Of a stretch of DNA of 46,195 bases, positions 26,375 through 35,540 are shown piece after piece (position 1 is the first letter of the stretch; every line of letters begins with the position of its first letter). Source of the DNA: a virus (taxonomy: Duplodnaviria > Caudoviricetes); IMG/VR virus record IMGVR_UViG_3300021411_000002, positions 1 to 46,195 of that record; one strand, 5' to 3'. The position numbers and the translations under genes are program-made. The notes under the pieces are model-generated. The model saw nothing but the letters and a program-made list of their open reading frames with translations, was not told where the DNA came from and searched no databases.

Positions 26375-27867
26375 CGATCAACGGCGTCAATCCCGACACC
26401 GACCTGCACCAGTTGCCGGCCGATCTGAATCAGGAAGCTGGCTCGATCTTCGACTGGGTAACCTGGCCTTCGGGTGTCTGGATCGATGAAGATGAGCAGG
26501 GCAATGAGCGGGTAATCAACCTGCCCGAACGCGCCTACGCCACCAAGGTCGACCGAATGATTCGGATCGACGGGCAGGCGTCGCAGGTGTTCGAGGTGCT
26601 GACCCTGCCACTGCTGTCGGCCGACTGGTCGATCGCTACCCCGACCGAAGACTCAGGGCAGGCCGAATTCGTCCGGAACGTGATCCTTCGGCCCGGTATC
26701 GACGGGGGGATGCAGACCTCGTTCGAGGAGCTTTTGGGCGAGATGAGTCTGGCCACCGCGGTCAAGCGGACCTACCACGAAAAGGTCTGGACTCGCGACG
26801 ACAAAGGAAAAACGGTCTACGACCGGATCGCCTGGCGTCCGCCCGGCGCCTGTGAGCTGATCCGGGACCTGAAATCCGGCCGGATCGCGGGTTTCCGTGA
26901 GTATATGGACTTCGGACTCCACCAGCACGGCGACGATGCGGCCACCGCACAGATCGACAAGGACGGCTACGTCGAGATCCCCTCCCGCCGGGCCCTGATC
27001 TACATCCACGGACAACGGCGCAACCCGGTTGACGGCATCTCCTCGATGGAGGCGACCTGGAACGCCTATTCTCTGAAGGAGAAGCTCCTATCGCTGTGGC
27101 TGACCTTCCTGGGCACCCTGTCGATCCCGCGAGTGCTGGCTTACGGTCGAGACCCGACCGAGGCCAAGACCAACGCCCAGAATATTGCCCGGCTGCGAAC
27201 CGGCGGTGTGGCCCCGGTGACCCGGCCGGACGCGGCACTGCGGATGTTCGATATTTTGGACAACGCCGGCAAGGGCGCCGATCAGTTCAGCTCGATGATC
27301 GCCTACCTGGACCAATCCATGACCCACTCGGTGCTGGCCGGGTTCCTGGACCTGACCCGTCAGGCCACCGGACAGGGTGCGGCCGGCGCCCGCGGTTCGC
27401 ACGCGCTGAACCAGGGCAGCATGGACATGTTCCTGCAGAGCCGGACCGCGATCGCCAACGAGATGGCCCGGGTAGTCACCGAGCAGTTGATCGCGCCGAT
27501 GGTCTGGCGCAACTACGGGATGGGCACCTCGATCCCACCGTTGATCTGCGCCAAGCTCACGTCCGACCAGGTCGATAAGGTGATGGCGATGCTGACCGCG
27601 ATCGGTGCCAGCACCACATTCACCGTCCCACCCGACTTCATCGGGTTACTGATCGTGAAGGCTGCGGCGTACCTGGACATGGACGAACAGCAGGTCGAAC
27701 AGATGGTGATGGGCCATATTGAAGCGGTCGCCAAGACGGCGCCCGGACCGATGTCGGCACCCGCACAGGTGTCCGCGGCAACCGACAAGATCAGCCAACT
27801 GATCCAGGGCAGTCCGGCCGGAGGGACTCCGCCGGCTGCTGCCTCCGCACCCGCTCCCCCCCTATAA
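26371..27867 (+). CDS. Portal protein (Mu gp29/DUF935-like)
   Basis: Directly after TerL; ~498 aa; EKVW, G.S.M, GSHAL segments. Confidence 0.8.
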   Translation: MTINGVNPDTDLHQLPADLNQEAGSIFDWVTWPSGVWIDEDEQGNERVINLPERAYATKVDRMIRIDGQASQVFEVLTLPLLSADWSIATPTEDSGQAEFVRNVILRPGIDGGMQTSFEELLGEMSLATAVKRTYHEKVWTRDDKGKTVYDRIAWRPPGACELIRDLKSGRIAGFREYMDFGLHQHGDDAATAQIDKDGYVEIPSRRALIYIHGQRRNPVDGISSMEATWNAYSLKEKLLSLWLTFLGTLSIPRVLAYGRDPTEAKTNAQNIARLRTGGVAPVTRPDAALRMFDILDNAGKGADQFSSMIAYLDQSMTHSVLAGFLDLTRQATGQGAAGARGSHALNQGSMDMFLQSRTAIANEMARVVTEQLIAPMVWRNYGMGTSIPPLICAKLTSDQVDKVMAMLTAIGASTTFTVPPDFIGLLIVKAAAYLDMDEQQVEQMVMGHIEAVAKTAPGPMSAPAQVSAATDKISQLIQGSPAGGTPPAAASAPAPPL

Positions 27868-27971
27868 ATCTGATCTATATGTATCTTCGGGACTGCCAGT
27901 CCATGAAATACATATAAATCAGATTTATAGGGATGAACGCACTCCGACGAGCACTATACAGTCCATGAGAT
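27860..27971. repeat. AT-rich palindromic element B plus downstream half-site
   Basis: CCCTATAAATCTGAT...GGACT-gcc-AGTCC...ATCAGATTTATAGGG (27860-27932); half-site ACAGTCCATGAGAT at 27958-27971. Confidence 0.9.
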
Positions 27972-27987
27972 GGAGTAGGATAATATT

Positions 27988-28290
27988 ATGAGCGGATGGA
28001 CACACCTCGCGATCTTCTACCTGCTGCTGATGGCGGCCACTCTGGTGGGTTGGCCGATATACGAGCTGCTGCGGACCCCGGTTCGGCGTCTGTGGCTACG
28101 ACGTTGTGTGGAACGGGCCCAGGACGAGCGCAGGCTCGAGGGCTGGGCAGCTACACTCCGTAATCTGAATCTGTCGGACAAGGTTGGCGTGTTGTACACC
28201 GGTCGACACTGCATCGGCACGCCGGTCTCCCAGTTCGTCGTGCTGACCTACTCGGCCGGCCCGCGGCACCGCAAGCTGGTGACCACATGA
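27988..28290 (+). CDS. Membrane-anchored hypothetical protein (leaderless)
   Basis: TAGGAT 6 nt before ATG; N-terminal TM helix. Confidence 0.55.
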   Translation: MSGWTHLAIFYLLLMAATLVGWPIYELLRTPVRRLWLRRCVERAQDERRLEGWAATLRNLNLSDKVGVLYTGRHCIGTPVSQFVVLTYSAGPRHRKLVTT

Positions 28291-28376
28291 CCCGCTACTG
28301 GTACGGTTGGACGCTCGGAGTCTTGGGCGTGCTGCTGCTGACGATGCTGCTGCTGGCGTTTGTGGTGCCGCAATGA
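28287..28376 (+). CDS. Hydrophobic microprotein (29 aa)
   Basis: ATGA overlaps at both ends; single TM helix. Confidence 0.4.
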   Translation: MTRYWYGWTLGVLGVLLLTMLLLAFVVPQ

Positions 28377-28480
28377 CCACGCCGAAGCCGATCTACACCT
28401 GGGCCGAATCGATCGCCGTCGTGGGTTACGTGCTGCTGGTCGTCGGCGGGCTGCTGGTTCTGTTGGGGGTGTTGGGGTGA
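28373..28480 (+). CDS. Hydrophobic microprotein (35 aa)
   Basis: ATGA/GTGA overlaps; single TM helix. Confidence 0.4.
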   Translation: MTTPKPIYTWAESIAVVGYVLLVVGGLLVLLGVLG

Positions 28481-28818
28481 ACGAACGACTGATCCGCCGG
28501 GGCGGCAAGCTGTACCACGAACTGCAGGACCCGACTTCGCTGCTGGATCTGATCGGTCCGGACCCGAACCTGCAAATGGTCATCGATGAGATGGCCGAGG
28601 TGAGTCTGCAGCAACTGTATTTCGGATCGCCCAATCAGCCGGCCGAGTGTCCGGTCTGCGGTCAGCAACGCGATTCTTACTGGCGAGACGAACGCGGTCT
28701 GCTGTTCCGTCACGCCCGACGCGCCTGGCTGTGTCGATGGTCGGCGATCGAAGCGACACAGCCGTCGCTCCCACACGACAACGACGAGTTCGTCGTTGTT
28801 CCGGACCAGTTCCGGTGA
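28477..28818 (+). CDS. Hypothetical protein with CPVC
   Basis: GTGA-coupled. Confidence 0.5.
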   Translation: MNERLIRRGGKLYHELQDPTSLLDLIGPDPNLQMVIDEMAEVSLQQLYFGSPNQPAECPVCGQQRDSYWRDERGLLFRHARRAWLCRWSAIEATQPSLPHDNDEFVVVPDQFR

Positions 28819-28967
28819 GTCGTTGGATCGCGCCATTTCCTCGATTGAGGTTCCGCATGCGTTACGGCTACTGGTGCCAGCACCGGTTCGGCCCCTGGCG
28901 AATGATCGAAATGGGCAAGGCGCAGTTGCGTCGCTGCTTCGACTGCGAACATACGGAATTCAGATGA
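28815..28967 (+). CDS. Small Cys/His protein
   Basis: CQH...RRCFDC; coupled overlaps. Confidence 0.45.
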   Translation: MSRWIAPFPRLRFRMRYGYWCQHRFGPWRMIEMGKAQLRRCFDCEHTEFR

Positions 28968-29152
28968 GGCACCTGCGGATCACGTTCACGGACGGAACTG
29001 TCGAAGACCTGGAAAGCAAGTATGAATACGTCACAACTGTGGGGGACACGGTAACGACCCGCACCGAACGCGTAGGTGGATTTGCGGATGTCGGCCCGAC
29101 CTACTCCCTATACAGCATTCGAAAATACGAATGGGTGGAGGGCTACAAGTGA
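28964..29152 (+). CDS. Hypothetical protein
   Basis: ATGA/GTGA-coupled. Confidence 0.5.
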   Translation: MRHLRITFTDGTVEDLESKYEYVTTVGDTVTTRTERVGGFADVGPTYSLYSIRKYEWVEGYK

Positions 29153-29901
29153 GCTACCCCGCGGGGCCGCCGGACCCCTATGACAGCCCGGTCGGTCAGG
29201 CCGCGGCGCAGTACCCTCCCCCGCAACCGTCCGGCAACGCCGCGGACGACTTCATCATCTCGGCGCTGGTGGCGGCAATCATCGCCGGCTGGGTGCTGTC
29301 CAAGATTCGCGACCTGCTGACCAAGGCGCAGGACGTGGACCCGGAGACCGTGACATTCCTGCTGCGCCAGACCGTGTTCGTGCAGTTGCTGAAGATGGAC
29401 GAATACGCGCCAACCAATCCAATGTTGGGCGCACAGCGCCGGCAGAACGCATTCCGACGCGCGGCGTACGTGCTGAACGCGGCCCGCCGGATGACCACCG
29501 CGATCCGGACCCGTGATCCGATCACCATCACCGCGGCCTGGGACCGAGAGTTGAATTATCTGGGGTCGCACCTGCAGGCCAACCGCAAACGCAACGAGGC
29601 CGCGATCGAACTGGCCAAGCGCTGGAACAAGGCCGGACGGCCGGCGCTGATGGGCTGGTGGGCCATGCGGGATCACCGTACTTCCAAGGAGTGTCTGGCC
29701 GCCCATGGACGCAACTTCGATCCCAAATCGATCCCCCCGATCGGATATCCAGGGTCTGTGCACCCCAACTGCCGGTGCAAGCCGGTCCTGCCCTGGGACA
29801 CCGACCTGAGGGTCGAAAACCTACCGGACCCCCGAATGATGTTTGATGGGGTGGTCGCGGCGTCCAACCCGGGTTGGTCCGCCACCACCAAACAATCGTG
29901 A
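29149..29901 (+). CDS. MuF-like (SPP1 gp7-like) minor head protein
   Basis: W...D.RTS.ECLAAHG...PGSVHPNCRC. Confidence 0.8.
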   Translation: MSYPAGPPDPYDSPVGQAAAQYPPPQPSGNAADDFIISALVAAIIAGWVLSKIRDLLTKAQDVDPETVTFLLRQTVFVQLLKMDEYAPTNPMLGAQRRQNAFRRAAYVLNAARRMTTAIRTRDPITITAAWDRELNYLGSHLQANRKRNEAAIELAKRWNKAGRPALMGWWAMRDHRTSKECLAAHGRNFDPKSIPPIGYPGSVHPNCRCKPVLPWDTDLRVENLPDPRMMFDGVVAASNPGWSATTKQS

Positions 29902-29908
29902 GGTTCAG

Positions 29909-30247
29909 ATGGCTGCAACTGCCCTTGTCGTGACTTCCTTGGACCGGTCCGGTGCGGTGGCGCGTCCGGCCGGCACCACGGTCGACAACGTGAACGGCAA
30001 TTCGTTCCCGGCCGGTCCCAACACCTGGATCGAGCTGATCGGTGCGACCGCGACCGACACCTTGACGTTCGCGATCCCCGGTTCGGTCGACGGCCAGACC
30101 ATCAGCGGTAAGGCGATCCCGGTCATCCTGACCGCGGACCTGCTGCTGGGCCCGTGGCCGCCCAGCATCTACGGCCCAACGGTGACGTTCACCAGTTCCA
30201 ACGCCAACGCCAAGGTGAATGTTTACAACCTGATCCCCCAGAACTGA
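29909..30247 (+). CDS. Beta-rich probable virion protein
   Basis: GAGG SD; NGNSF...LGPWPPSIY. Confidence 0.5.
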   Translation: MAATALVVTSLDRSGAVARPAGTTVDNVNGNSFPAGPNTWIELIGATATDTLTFAIPGSVDGQTISGKAIPVILTADLLLGPWPPSIYGPTVTFTSSNANAKVNVYNLIPQN

Positions 30248-30253
30248 CACACG

Positions 30254-30850
30254 GTGCGTAGCCAGCCATTCAACCCGCTGCCCGGAGACTTCTGTTTGGT
30301 CTCCGGGAGGCCGTGGTACGTCACCAAACCGATCCTGTTCGGGGAGTTTCTGAACGGAGACGGGTTTGGTCATTGGGTCACGATCCCCCGCGATCCAGCC
30401 GCGCCGATCGGGGCACCCAACAGGCGGTGGGAGGGGTTCAGCCACGCGCTCGTGGTGGTCGAGCGTGACACAATCGTAGAAGCGGAGCCCGGCGGCGCGC
30501 GGACCGCGGATCTGGCACCGTACCGAGACACCAAGCTGGGCGGCACGTTCGTCTCCTCGACCTGGGACCTGACCACCGCTCAGCGTGTCCGGGTCTGTGA
30601 AAACGCCCTGAAACATGTCGGGCGTCCGTATTCGGGGATGGATTACGCAGCGCTGTTCGCGCATCGGCTACACCTGCCGTTGCCCGGACTACGCTCGTAC
30701 GTGGCTAACACCGAGTTCGAGATCTGCAGCCAGTCGGTGGACGACATCTACTTCGAGTCGGACCTGCATATCTTCCAGGATGGCCGCTGGTCCGGTTATG
30801 TCACCCCGATGGGTCTGTTCCCCGCGTTGACCGGTCCGGTGGTTGCGTAG
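30254..30850 (+). CDS. Permuted papain-like (NlpC/P60, YaeF/YiiX-type) amidase
   Basis: PGDF.LV, FSHALVV, IVEAEPGG, VGRPYS, ICSQSVD, VTP; His precedes Cys (permuted order). Confidence 0.75.
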   Translation: MRSQPFNPLPGDFCLVSGRPWYVTKPILFGEFLNGDGFGHWVTIPRDPAAPIGAPNRRWEGFSHALVVVERDTIVEAEPGGARTADLAPYRDTKLGGTFVSSTWDLTTAQRVRVCENALKHVGRPYSGMDYAALFAHRLHLPLPGLRSYVANTEFEICSQSVDDIYFESDLHIFQDGRWSGYVTPMGLFPALTGPVVA

Positions 30851-30854
30851 TACC

Positions 30855-30869
30855 TTACCAGAAGGGTAA
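30855..30869. promoter_or_regulatory. TTACC-N5-GGTAA operator/promoter (leaderless)
   Basis: CTTACC agaag GGTAAGAT, 6 nt before GTG 30879. Confidence 0.75.
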
Positions 30870-30878
30870 GATGGACCC

Positions 30879-32015
30879 GTGACATCCCTGCAGCAGTGGA
30901 CCGTGGAGCTGGTCGGGCCGAAGGGCTATATTCACGGCTGGGTCAAGGTCGAAGGGATGATCCAACACAAGGACAGCTCCCGTGGACGAGTGACCGCCTA
31001 CGATAAAAACACCCAAACCGCTCACGTGGACTGGCACTCCGGCCCACGAGCCAGGGTCAACGGTGGTAAGGGGACCACCAAGGCGTACCATATCCACTCG
31101 ATCGACGACCAACTGGACGCGGGGCTGCGCCAACAGACCCATCTGATACCCGATGCGCCGGCCAAGACGCCCAAGCAGGCGCAGGACGAGCGAATTCGTG
31201 GAGCCACCGGACAGCGAATGGCCGCCGAGAAGGCCAAGACGCTGGACCAGTTCAAGGCGTACGGCGGCAAAGTCGCGGGCGACGAACCCAAGCTGACCGG
31301 TCGCGAGAAGGCGCTGCATGGCACCAAGTTCCTGGACAGTGCACCCAAACCGAAGGTCGAGATCAAACGGCCCGCGGACCCGTTCGCCACGATTCCAAAC
31401 GCGTATGGTGACGGTGAACCGTCCAAGCCTACTCCCTATCCAGTCGAAATATTCGGGGCAGAAAAACTGCCTGGTCGGGAGGGTCTCAATCGACTGACCT
31501 CACAGTTGATGGATCTCCACCAACGCTATCCTCTGCGCCGGGGGCTACCAGTAATCGCGATATCCCCTCCCGGGGCGCCGCAAGTGGCGAACTATAACTC
31601 TGATATTCACATGATGACGGCTGGCACGGACTCACTGAAAAGTAAAGACTACGCACCCGCTGGTTTTCAAGGAAGGGAACGCGGGTACACCACCCCTACG
31701 GGGAACGCTTCGTTTCTCGAGCGGACCGCTACGCATGAGTACGGCCACGCGTTGGACGCGCAGCTTTCGCCGAGTCAACGTCAGCAAATGTTCGCTGAAG
31801 TAGAGACTAGTATCCCTGGGGTTTCCGCGATAGGGCAGAACGCTCCCTACTCTTGGATACAGCAGAATAAAGCTGCAATCGTCAACAAGGTCGGCACCTA
31901 CGCCTCAACAAGTGACGAAGAGCTGATCGCTGAATTGTTCGCTGAGTTTGTACACTCGACCACGCCCAGCCCGGCGGCACAGGTTGTGGGCAAGTACCTG
32001 AAAGGGAGGGCGTGA
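30879..32015 (+). CDS. Head-associated protein with C-terminal zincin (HExxH) metallopeptidase-like domain
   Basis: N-terminal VELVGPKGYIHGW; THEYGHALD...YASTSDEELIAELF. Confidence 0.7.
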   Translation: MTSLQQWTVELVGPKGYIHGWVKVEGMIQHKDSSRGRVTAYDKNTQTAHVDWHSGPRARVNGGKGTTKAYHIHSIDDQLDAGLRQQTHLIPDAPAKTPKQAQDERIRGATGQRMAAEKAKTLDQFKAYGGKVAGDEPKLTGREKALHGTKFLDSAPKPKVEIKRPADPFATIPNAYGDGEPSKPTPYPVEIFGAEKLPGREGLNRLTSQLMDLHQRYPLRRGLPVIAISPPGAPQVANYNSDIHMMTAGTDSLKSKDYAPAGFQGRERGYTTPTGNASFLERTATHEYGHALDAQLSPSQRQQMFAEVETSIPGVSAIGQNAPYSWIQQNKAAIVNKVGTYASTSDEELIAELFAEFVHSTTPSPAAQVVGKYLKGRA

Positions 32016-32146
32016 TGGTCTCCACGCTACCAACCAAGGCGGTGTTGCGCCGGGTCCTGAACGACCTGATGCGTAGGCCGCGTAACCGCGAGATGCTGGA
32101 TGCGATCGACAAGGTTCGCAAGCAGATCCAGGAGTGCCCGCGGTGA
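32015..32146 (+). CDS. Small basic protein (43 aa)
   Basis: GGGAGG SD; TGATG coupling. Confidence 0.4.
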   Translation: MVSTLPTKAVLRRVLNDLMRRPRNREMLDAIDKVRKQIQECPR

Positions 32147-33126
32147 GCTGGATCGCGCTGTCGGACAAAACAGCAGGCTACTCGGCGCAGCACCACCCAC
32201 TGGGGCAGGGTGGATTGTGGAAGCACAAGGGCTGGCAGTTGCCGGCATACATCCAAAACGTGGCCAAGGGTCTGATGGAGTCCGGCAAGGACCGGTCCAC
32301 CGCCATTCAGATGGCCATCGGCGCGGTCAAGCGTTGGGCGTCCGGCGGCGGGAGCGTTACGCCCGAAGTCCGGGCGGCATCGGCCGCCGCGGTGGTGGAA
32401 TGGGAGAAGCTGAAAGGCCAGGCACATTCGACTTCCCAAACCGGTCCGGCGCTGGAACTGAACCAGGTCGCATCGGCCGCGGGAGCGGCTCGATACAACC
32501 TGCCGATCGGAACCCAGCTCGGAGCCAACGGCAAACCACTGCCCAACCAGACGCCCGGTGCCGCCCCGGCCGCGGCCCAAGTGACTCCTCAGGCCAAGCA
32601 GTTGGTCTCCTCGATGCCGGACGCGGGGTTGATGGCCGCGCATCAGCGGCTGAGTGCGATGGGCGCGTCTGGCGGGCCGGACGTGGCTGCGGCCAAGGCG
32701 CTGGTGGCCAGCGAGCTGGCCAAGCGTGGCTATGCGACCAATGTGGATGGCTCGATCACCCGGACCCAGATCGGACAGGGTGGTCTGGCCAAGGCTGCAA
32801 CCGCTCAAGCGAATCAGGCCAGCTCCGCCAATCAACGACAGATCGCCGCGAATAAGCTGGCGGCCCAGACCGCGGCTCGGAATGCTCGTGCGCAGGCCGC
32901 TGCTGTTAAGGCGAAAGCTGCGGCGGTCAAAAAAGCAGCGGCCAAACCCAAGGCTGCCGCCAAGGCCAAGAAGCCCGTTGCACCGGCCAAACCGCATTGG
33001 TTTACCAACCCGGCAAATGCAGTGGAACTGTCGATCCCGGTCGGGTACAGTGGGCAGGGACCGCGAATCACCGATCGCTATGGAATCCCCGTGGCGAATT
33101 CCCGGCGTAAGAGGGTGAAGAAATGA
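32143..33126 (+). CDS. Probable internal head protein with Lys/Ala-rich histone-like tail
   Basis: LPAYIQNVAKGL..AIGAVKRWA; AGAARYNLPIG; KAKAAAVKKAAAKPKAAAKAKKP. Confidence 0.65.
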   Translation: MSWIALSDKTAGYSAQHHPLGQGGLWKHKGWQLPAYIQNVAKGLMESGKDRSTAIQMAIGAVKRWASGGGSVTPEVRAASAAAVVEWEKLKGQAHSTSQTGPALELNQVASAAGAARYNLPIGTQLGANGKPLPNQTPGAAPAAAQVTPQAKQLVSSMPDAGLMAAHQRLSAMGASGGPDVAAAKALVASELAKRGYATNVDGSITRTQIGQGGLAKAATAQANQASSANQRQIAANKLAAQTAARNARAQAAAVKAKAAAVKKAAAKPKAAAKAKKPVAPAKPHWFTNPANAVELSIPVGYSGQGPRITDRYGIPVANSRRKRVKK

Positions 33127-33132
33127 GCGACC

Positions 33133-33366
33133 GTGACTACTGACAAGGATTGGACCCCCCGCGCCCGCTCCGACACCAATATGTACGACGCAACCGGCCA
33201 GCCGGTGGACTCGGCACTGTTCCTGGGCGTTTCGGGTCCGACCATCCGGCCGGTCCGGGCCAAGCCGCCGGACACCCCGCCGGACCCCAAGGAGACCCCG
33301 GTCCGTCTGGCGCGGGCCGCCGGCTTCTCCTTCAAGATTGTCCGTCCGCCCTCAACCCCAAGGTAG
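33133..33366 (+). CDS. Hypothetical protein
   Basis: Fills the gap in the operon. Confidence 0.4.
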   Translation: MTTDKDWTPRARSDTNMYDATGQPVDSALFLGVSGPTIRPVRAKPPDTPPDPKETPVRLARAAGFSFKIVRPPSTPR

Positions 33367-33380
33367 CCCATCCCCCATGG

Positions 33381-33650
33381 ATGAACACGCGCCCTCTACC
33401 GCCTTACGACGGGACCGTTGGAAGTCCCAGCGTCACTCGGCAACGGCTTCATTTTGCCCCGCTGTTCGATTTCGAACACCTGCCGACCGGAACCTTACGC
33501 GATGTCTCGGGGATCTGCGCGAATATGGCCGAGCTGCAGGTCGGACGCCTGCACGACGGACAGGAGCTGTCCGCCGGACTGCGCAGGCTGCTGGAGGCCA
33601 AGGACTGTTTCGTTCGACAAGCCGTACTCGACCGAGGGGGGCGTACGTAG
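33381..33650 (+). CDS. Conserved phage hypothetical protein
   Basis: F.FEHLP...ELSAGLRRLLEAKDCFVR pattern. Confidence 0.6.
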   Translation: MNTRPLPPYDGTVGSPSVTRQRLHFAPLFDFEHLPTGTLRDVSGICANMAELQVGRLHDGQELSAGLRRLLEAKDCFVRQAVLDRGGRT

Positions 33651-33787
33651 TGCCGATCGGTGAATGGTACTCGTTCCCGATGCCGGACCGACGGGCGACC
33701 AGCCATGGTAACGTGGTCAATCGACCGAAGCGGGATCGGCGCAAGCAAGCAGCGCGTCGGCACGCGGCCAAGAAGGCGCGATCATGA
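33650..33787 (+). CDS. Small basic protein
   Basis: TAGTG coupling; Arg/Lys-rich C-terminus. Confidence 0.35.
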   Translation: MPIGEWYSFPMPDRRATSHGNVVNRPKRDRRKQAARRHAAKKARS

Positions 33788-33915
33788 CTATCCACATCGC
33801 CGTGGTGCACCGGGTCCGGACCCGTCCGGTGGTCAAGATCGGTCGCGGCAAGCGTGGGCGCAAGAAACTGACCGAGCAGCGCGCCCGCGCGGCGATCGCT
33901 CGGAGGCGCGAATGA
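33784..33915 (+). CDS. Small very basic protein (43 aa)
   Basis: ATGA overlaps at both ends; KIGRGKRGRKK. Confidence 0.4.
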   Translation: MTIHIAVVHRVRTRPVVKIGRGKRGRKKLTEQRARAAIARRRE

Positions 33916-34760
33916 CGCGCAAGATGGCCGATTCGATCTATTCGGCCCAGATACCGGTCGGTGTCTTCCCGCTGGTGGCCGGATACATCAACGGCCCGCG
34001 CAGTCGGTGGTCTCAAGCCGACTGGGACCGACACGCCGGGTATTCGACCCTGATCCGGATCACCGTGTCGGCGTTCGTCAACGACGGGCACGTGCTGGAC
34101 GTGGAGAAGGACGACGCCACACCGGCCCAGGCACCGCCGTGGGTCCGGATGCGACGGGCGACCGGTGCGGACCCGACTGTCTACTGCTCGGAAGCGGCCT
34201 GGCCCGCTGTCCGGACGGAGTTCGCCAACCAGGGCGTTCTGCAGCCGCACTACTGGGTGGCTGCCTACCCCGGCGAGGGGGCCCAGGTTGTCCCATCCGG
34301 CGCGGTCGCGCATCAGTGGATCGACCGTGGACCATACGACGAATCTATCGTGGCCGATTACTGGCCCGGTGTAGACCCAGGAGGAATAGTGTCTCTGAAC
34401 CAGGACGACGCCAACGGGCTGTCCACCACAACCTGGTCGGTCGTGATCAACAAAACCGATCCGCTGGCAGCCTACCTCAAAACCATCGGCTACACCGCGG
34501 ACGCCAACGGCAATATGACCGTGTCGGCGCCGTTTGGTCAAATGCAGCTATACACCTTCCTGCGCGTCTCACAACTGGCCAACGCGACCTCCGGGGTCTT
34601 GGCCAAACTGGACGCCCTGTCAACAGCCGAGGCCAAGACCGACGCGGACGTGTTGGCTCTACCGGCACCCGGACAGGTCACCGACGCCCAGATGGCCGAT
34701 CTGGAGGCTAAACTGGTGGCCGCGTACCCGAACTACAACGTCACCATCACTAAGGCGTAG
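33912..34760 (+). CDS. Endolysin, GH25-like muramidase
   Basis: GGAGG SD; AGYING..W, LDVEKDDA (DxE), PTVYCS, YWVAAY, AHQW, YDES. Confidence 0.75.
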   Translation: MTRKMADSIYSAQIPVGVFPLVAGYINGPRSRWSQADWDRHAGYSTLIRITVSAFVNDGHVLDVEKDDATPAQAPPWVRMRRATGADPTVYCSEAAWPAVRTEFANQGVLQPHYWVAAYPGEGAQVVPSGAVAHQWIDRGPYDESIVADYWPGVDPGGIVSLNQDDANGLSTTTWSVVINKTDPLAAYLKTIGYTADANGNMTVSAPFGQMQLYTFLRVSQLANATSGVLAKLDALSTAEAKTDADVLALPAPGQVTDAQMADLEAKLVAAYPNYNVTITKA

Positions 34761-34769
34761 GAGTCGACC

Positions 34770-35258
34770 ATGCTGTTCGATCTGGCGTTGCCCGCAGAGC
34801 CGGTCCAGACCGAATGGATCGTGCTGGCCGACGAGAGTCCGGACGGTGACGACTGGAAGCCGGGCGAAAAGGCGATCTACGACAAGCTGATCGCCAAAGG
34901 TGTCAGCCCGGCACTGGCCAAGATCATGTGCAAGAAAGCAGCGGCCAAGGTGAACAGCACCGAGACCGTTCGGCCCCGGTCCGGCATCAGTCTGGCCGCG
35001 GTGCCGGCGGATCTGCGGACCGACGCCCGACAGAAGGCGGCTGGCGAGGGCGACGCGATGCCGGATGGCTCGTTCCCGATCCGGTCGTTGGCGGAGCTGG
35101 ACAAGGCCCGGCAGGCGTTCGGCCGGGTCAGTCCGGACAAGGCGGACGCCGTCCGGCGGTTCATGTTGAAGCGGGCCCGGGCGCTGGGTGCGTCCTCCGA
35201 CGTGATCGACGCGATCAACAAGTACGGCGAGAACGGTAGCAACAGAGACGGGGATTAG
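34770..35258 (+). CDS. Conserved head-region protein
   Basis: G.AMPDGSFPIRS..EL.KA....GR...RARALG. Confidence 0.6.
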   Translation: MLFDLALPAEPVQTEWIVLADESPDGDDWKPGEKAIYDKLIAKGVSPALAKIMCKKAAAKVNSTETVRPRSGISLAAVPADLRTDARQKAAGEGDAMPDGSFPIRSLAELDKARQAFGRVSPDKADAVRRFMLKRARALGASSDVIDAINKYGENGSNRDGD

Positions 35259-35540
35259 ATGTCTTACGTGGCAACGCCACCCAAGTTCGAGGCCGTCCAG
35301 TGGACCGGAACGGGCTTTGCAGCCTACAAGGCAACCGTCGACCCGGCCGACATGCATGGGGTGATGCTGAACAGCGACAATTCGGTTTCCTACGATTTTG
35401 CCGTGACGATGATCGTCGAAGTGAACGGTTGGTTGGTCAGCAACCTCTACTACGGTGCTTTCCCCGGCTGGGATGCGGGGGCTTTATTCCCACCTCTGAC
35501 CGATGCCGATTTCCAAGCCCAGTACGCGGTGTCGGTATGA
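35259..35540 (+). CDS. Hypothetical protein
   Basis: FEAVQWTG motif. Confidence 0.55.
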   Translation: MSYVATPPKFEAVQWTGTGFAAYKATVDPADMHGVMLNSDNSVSYDFAVTMIVEVNGWLVSNLYYGAFPGWDAGALFPPLTDADFQAQYAVSV

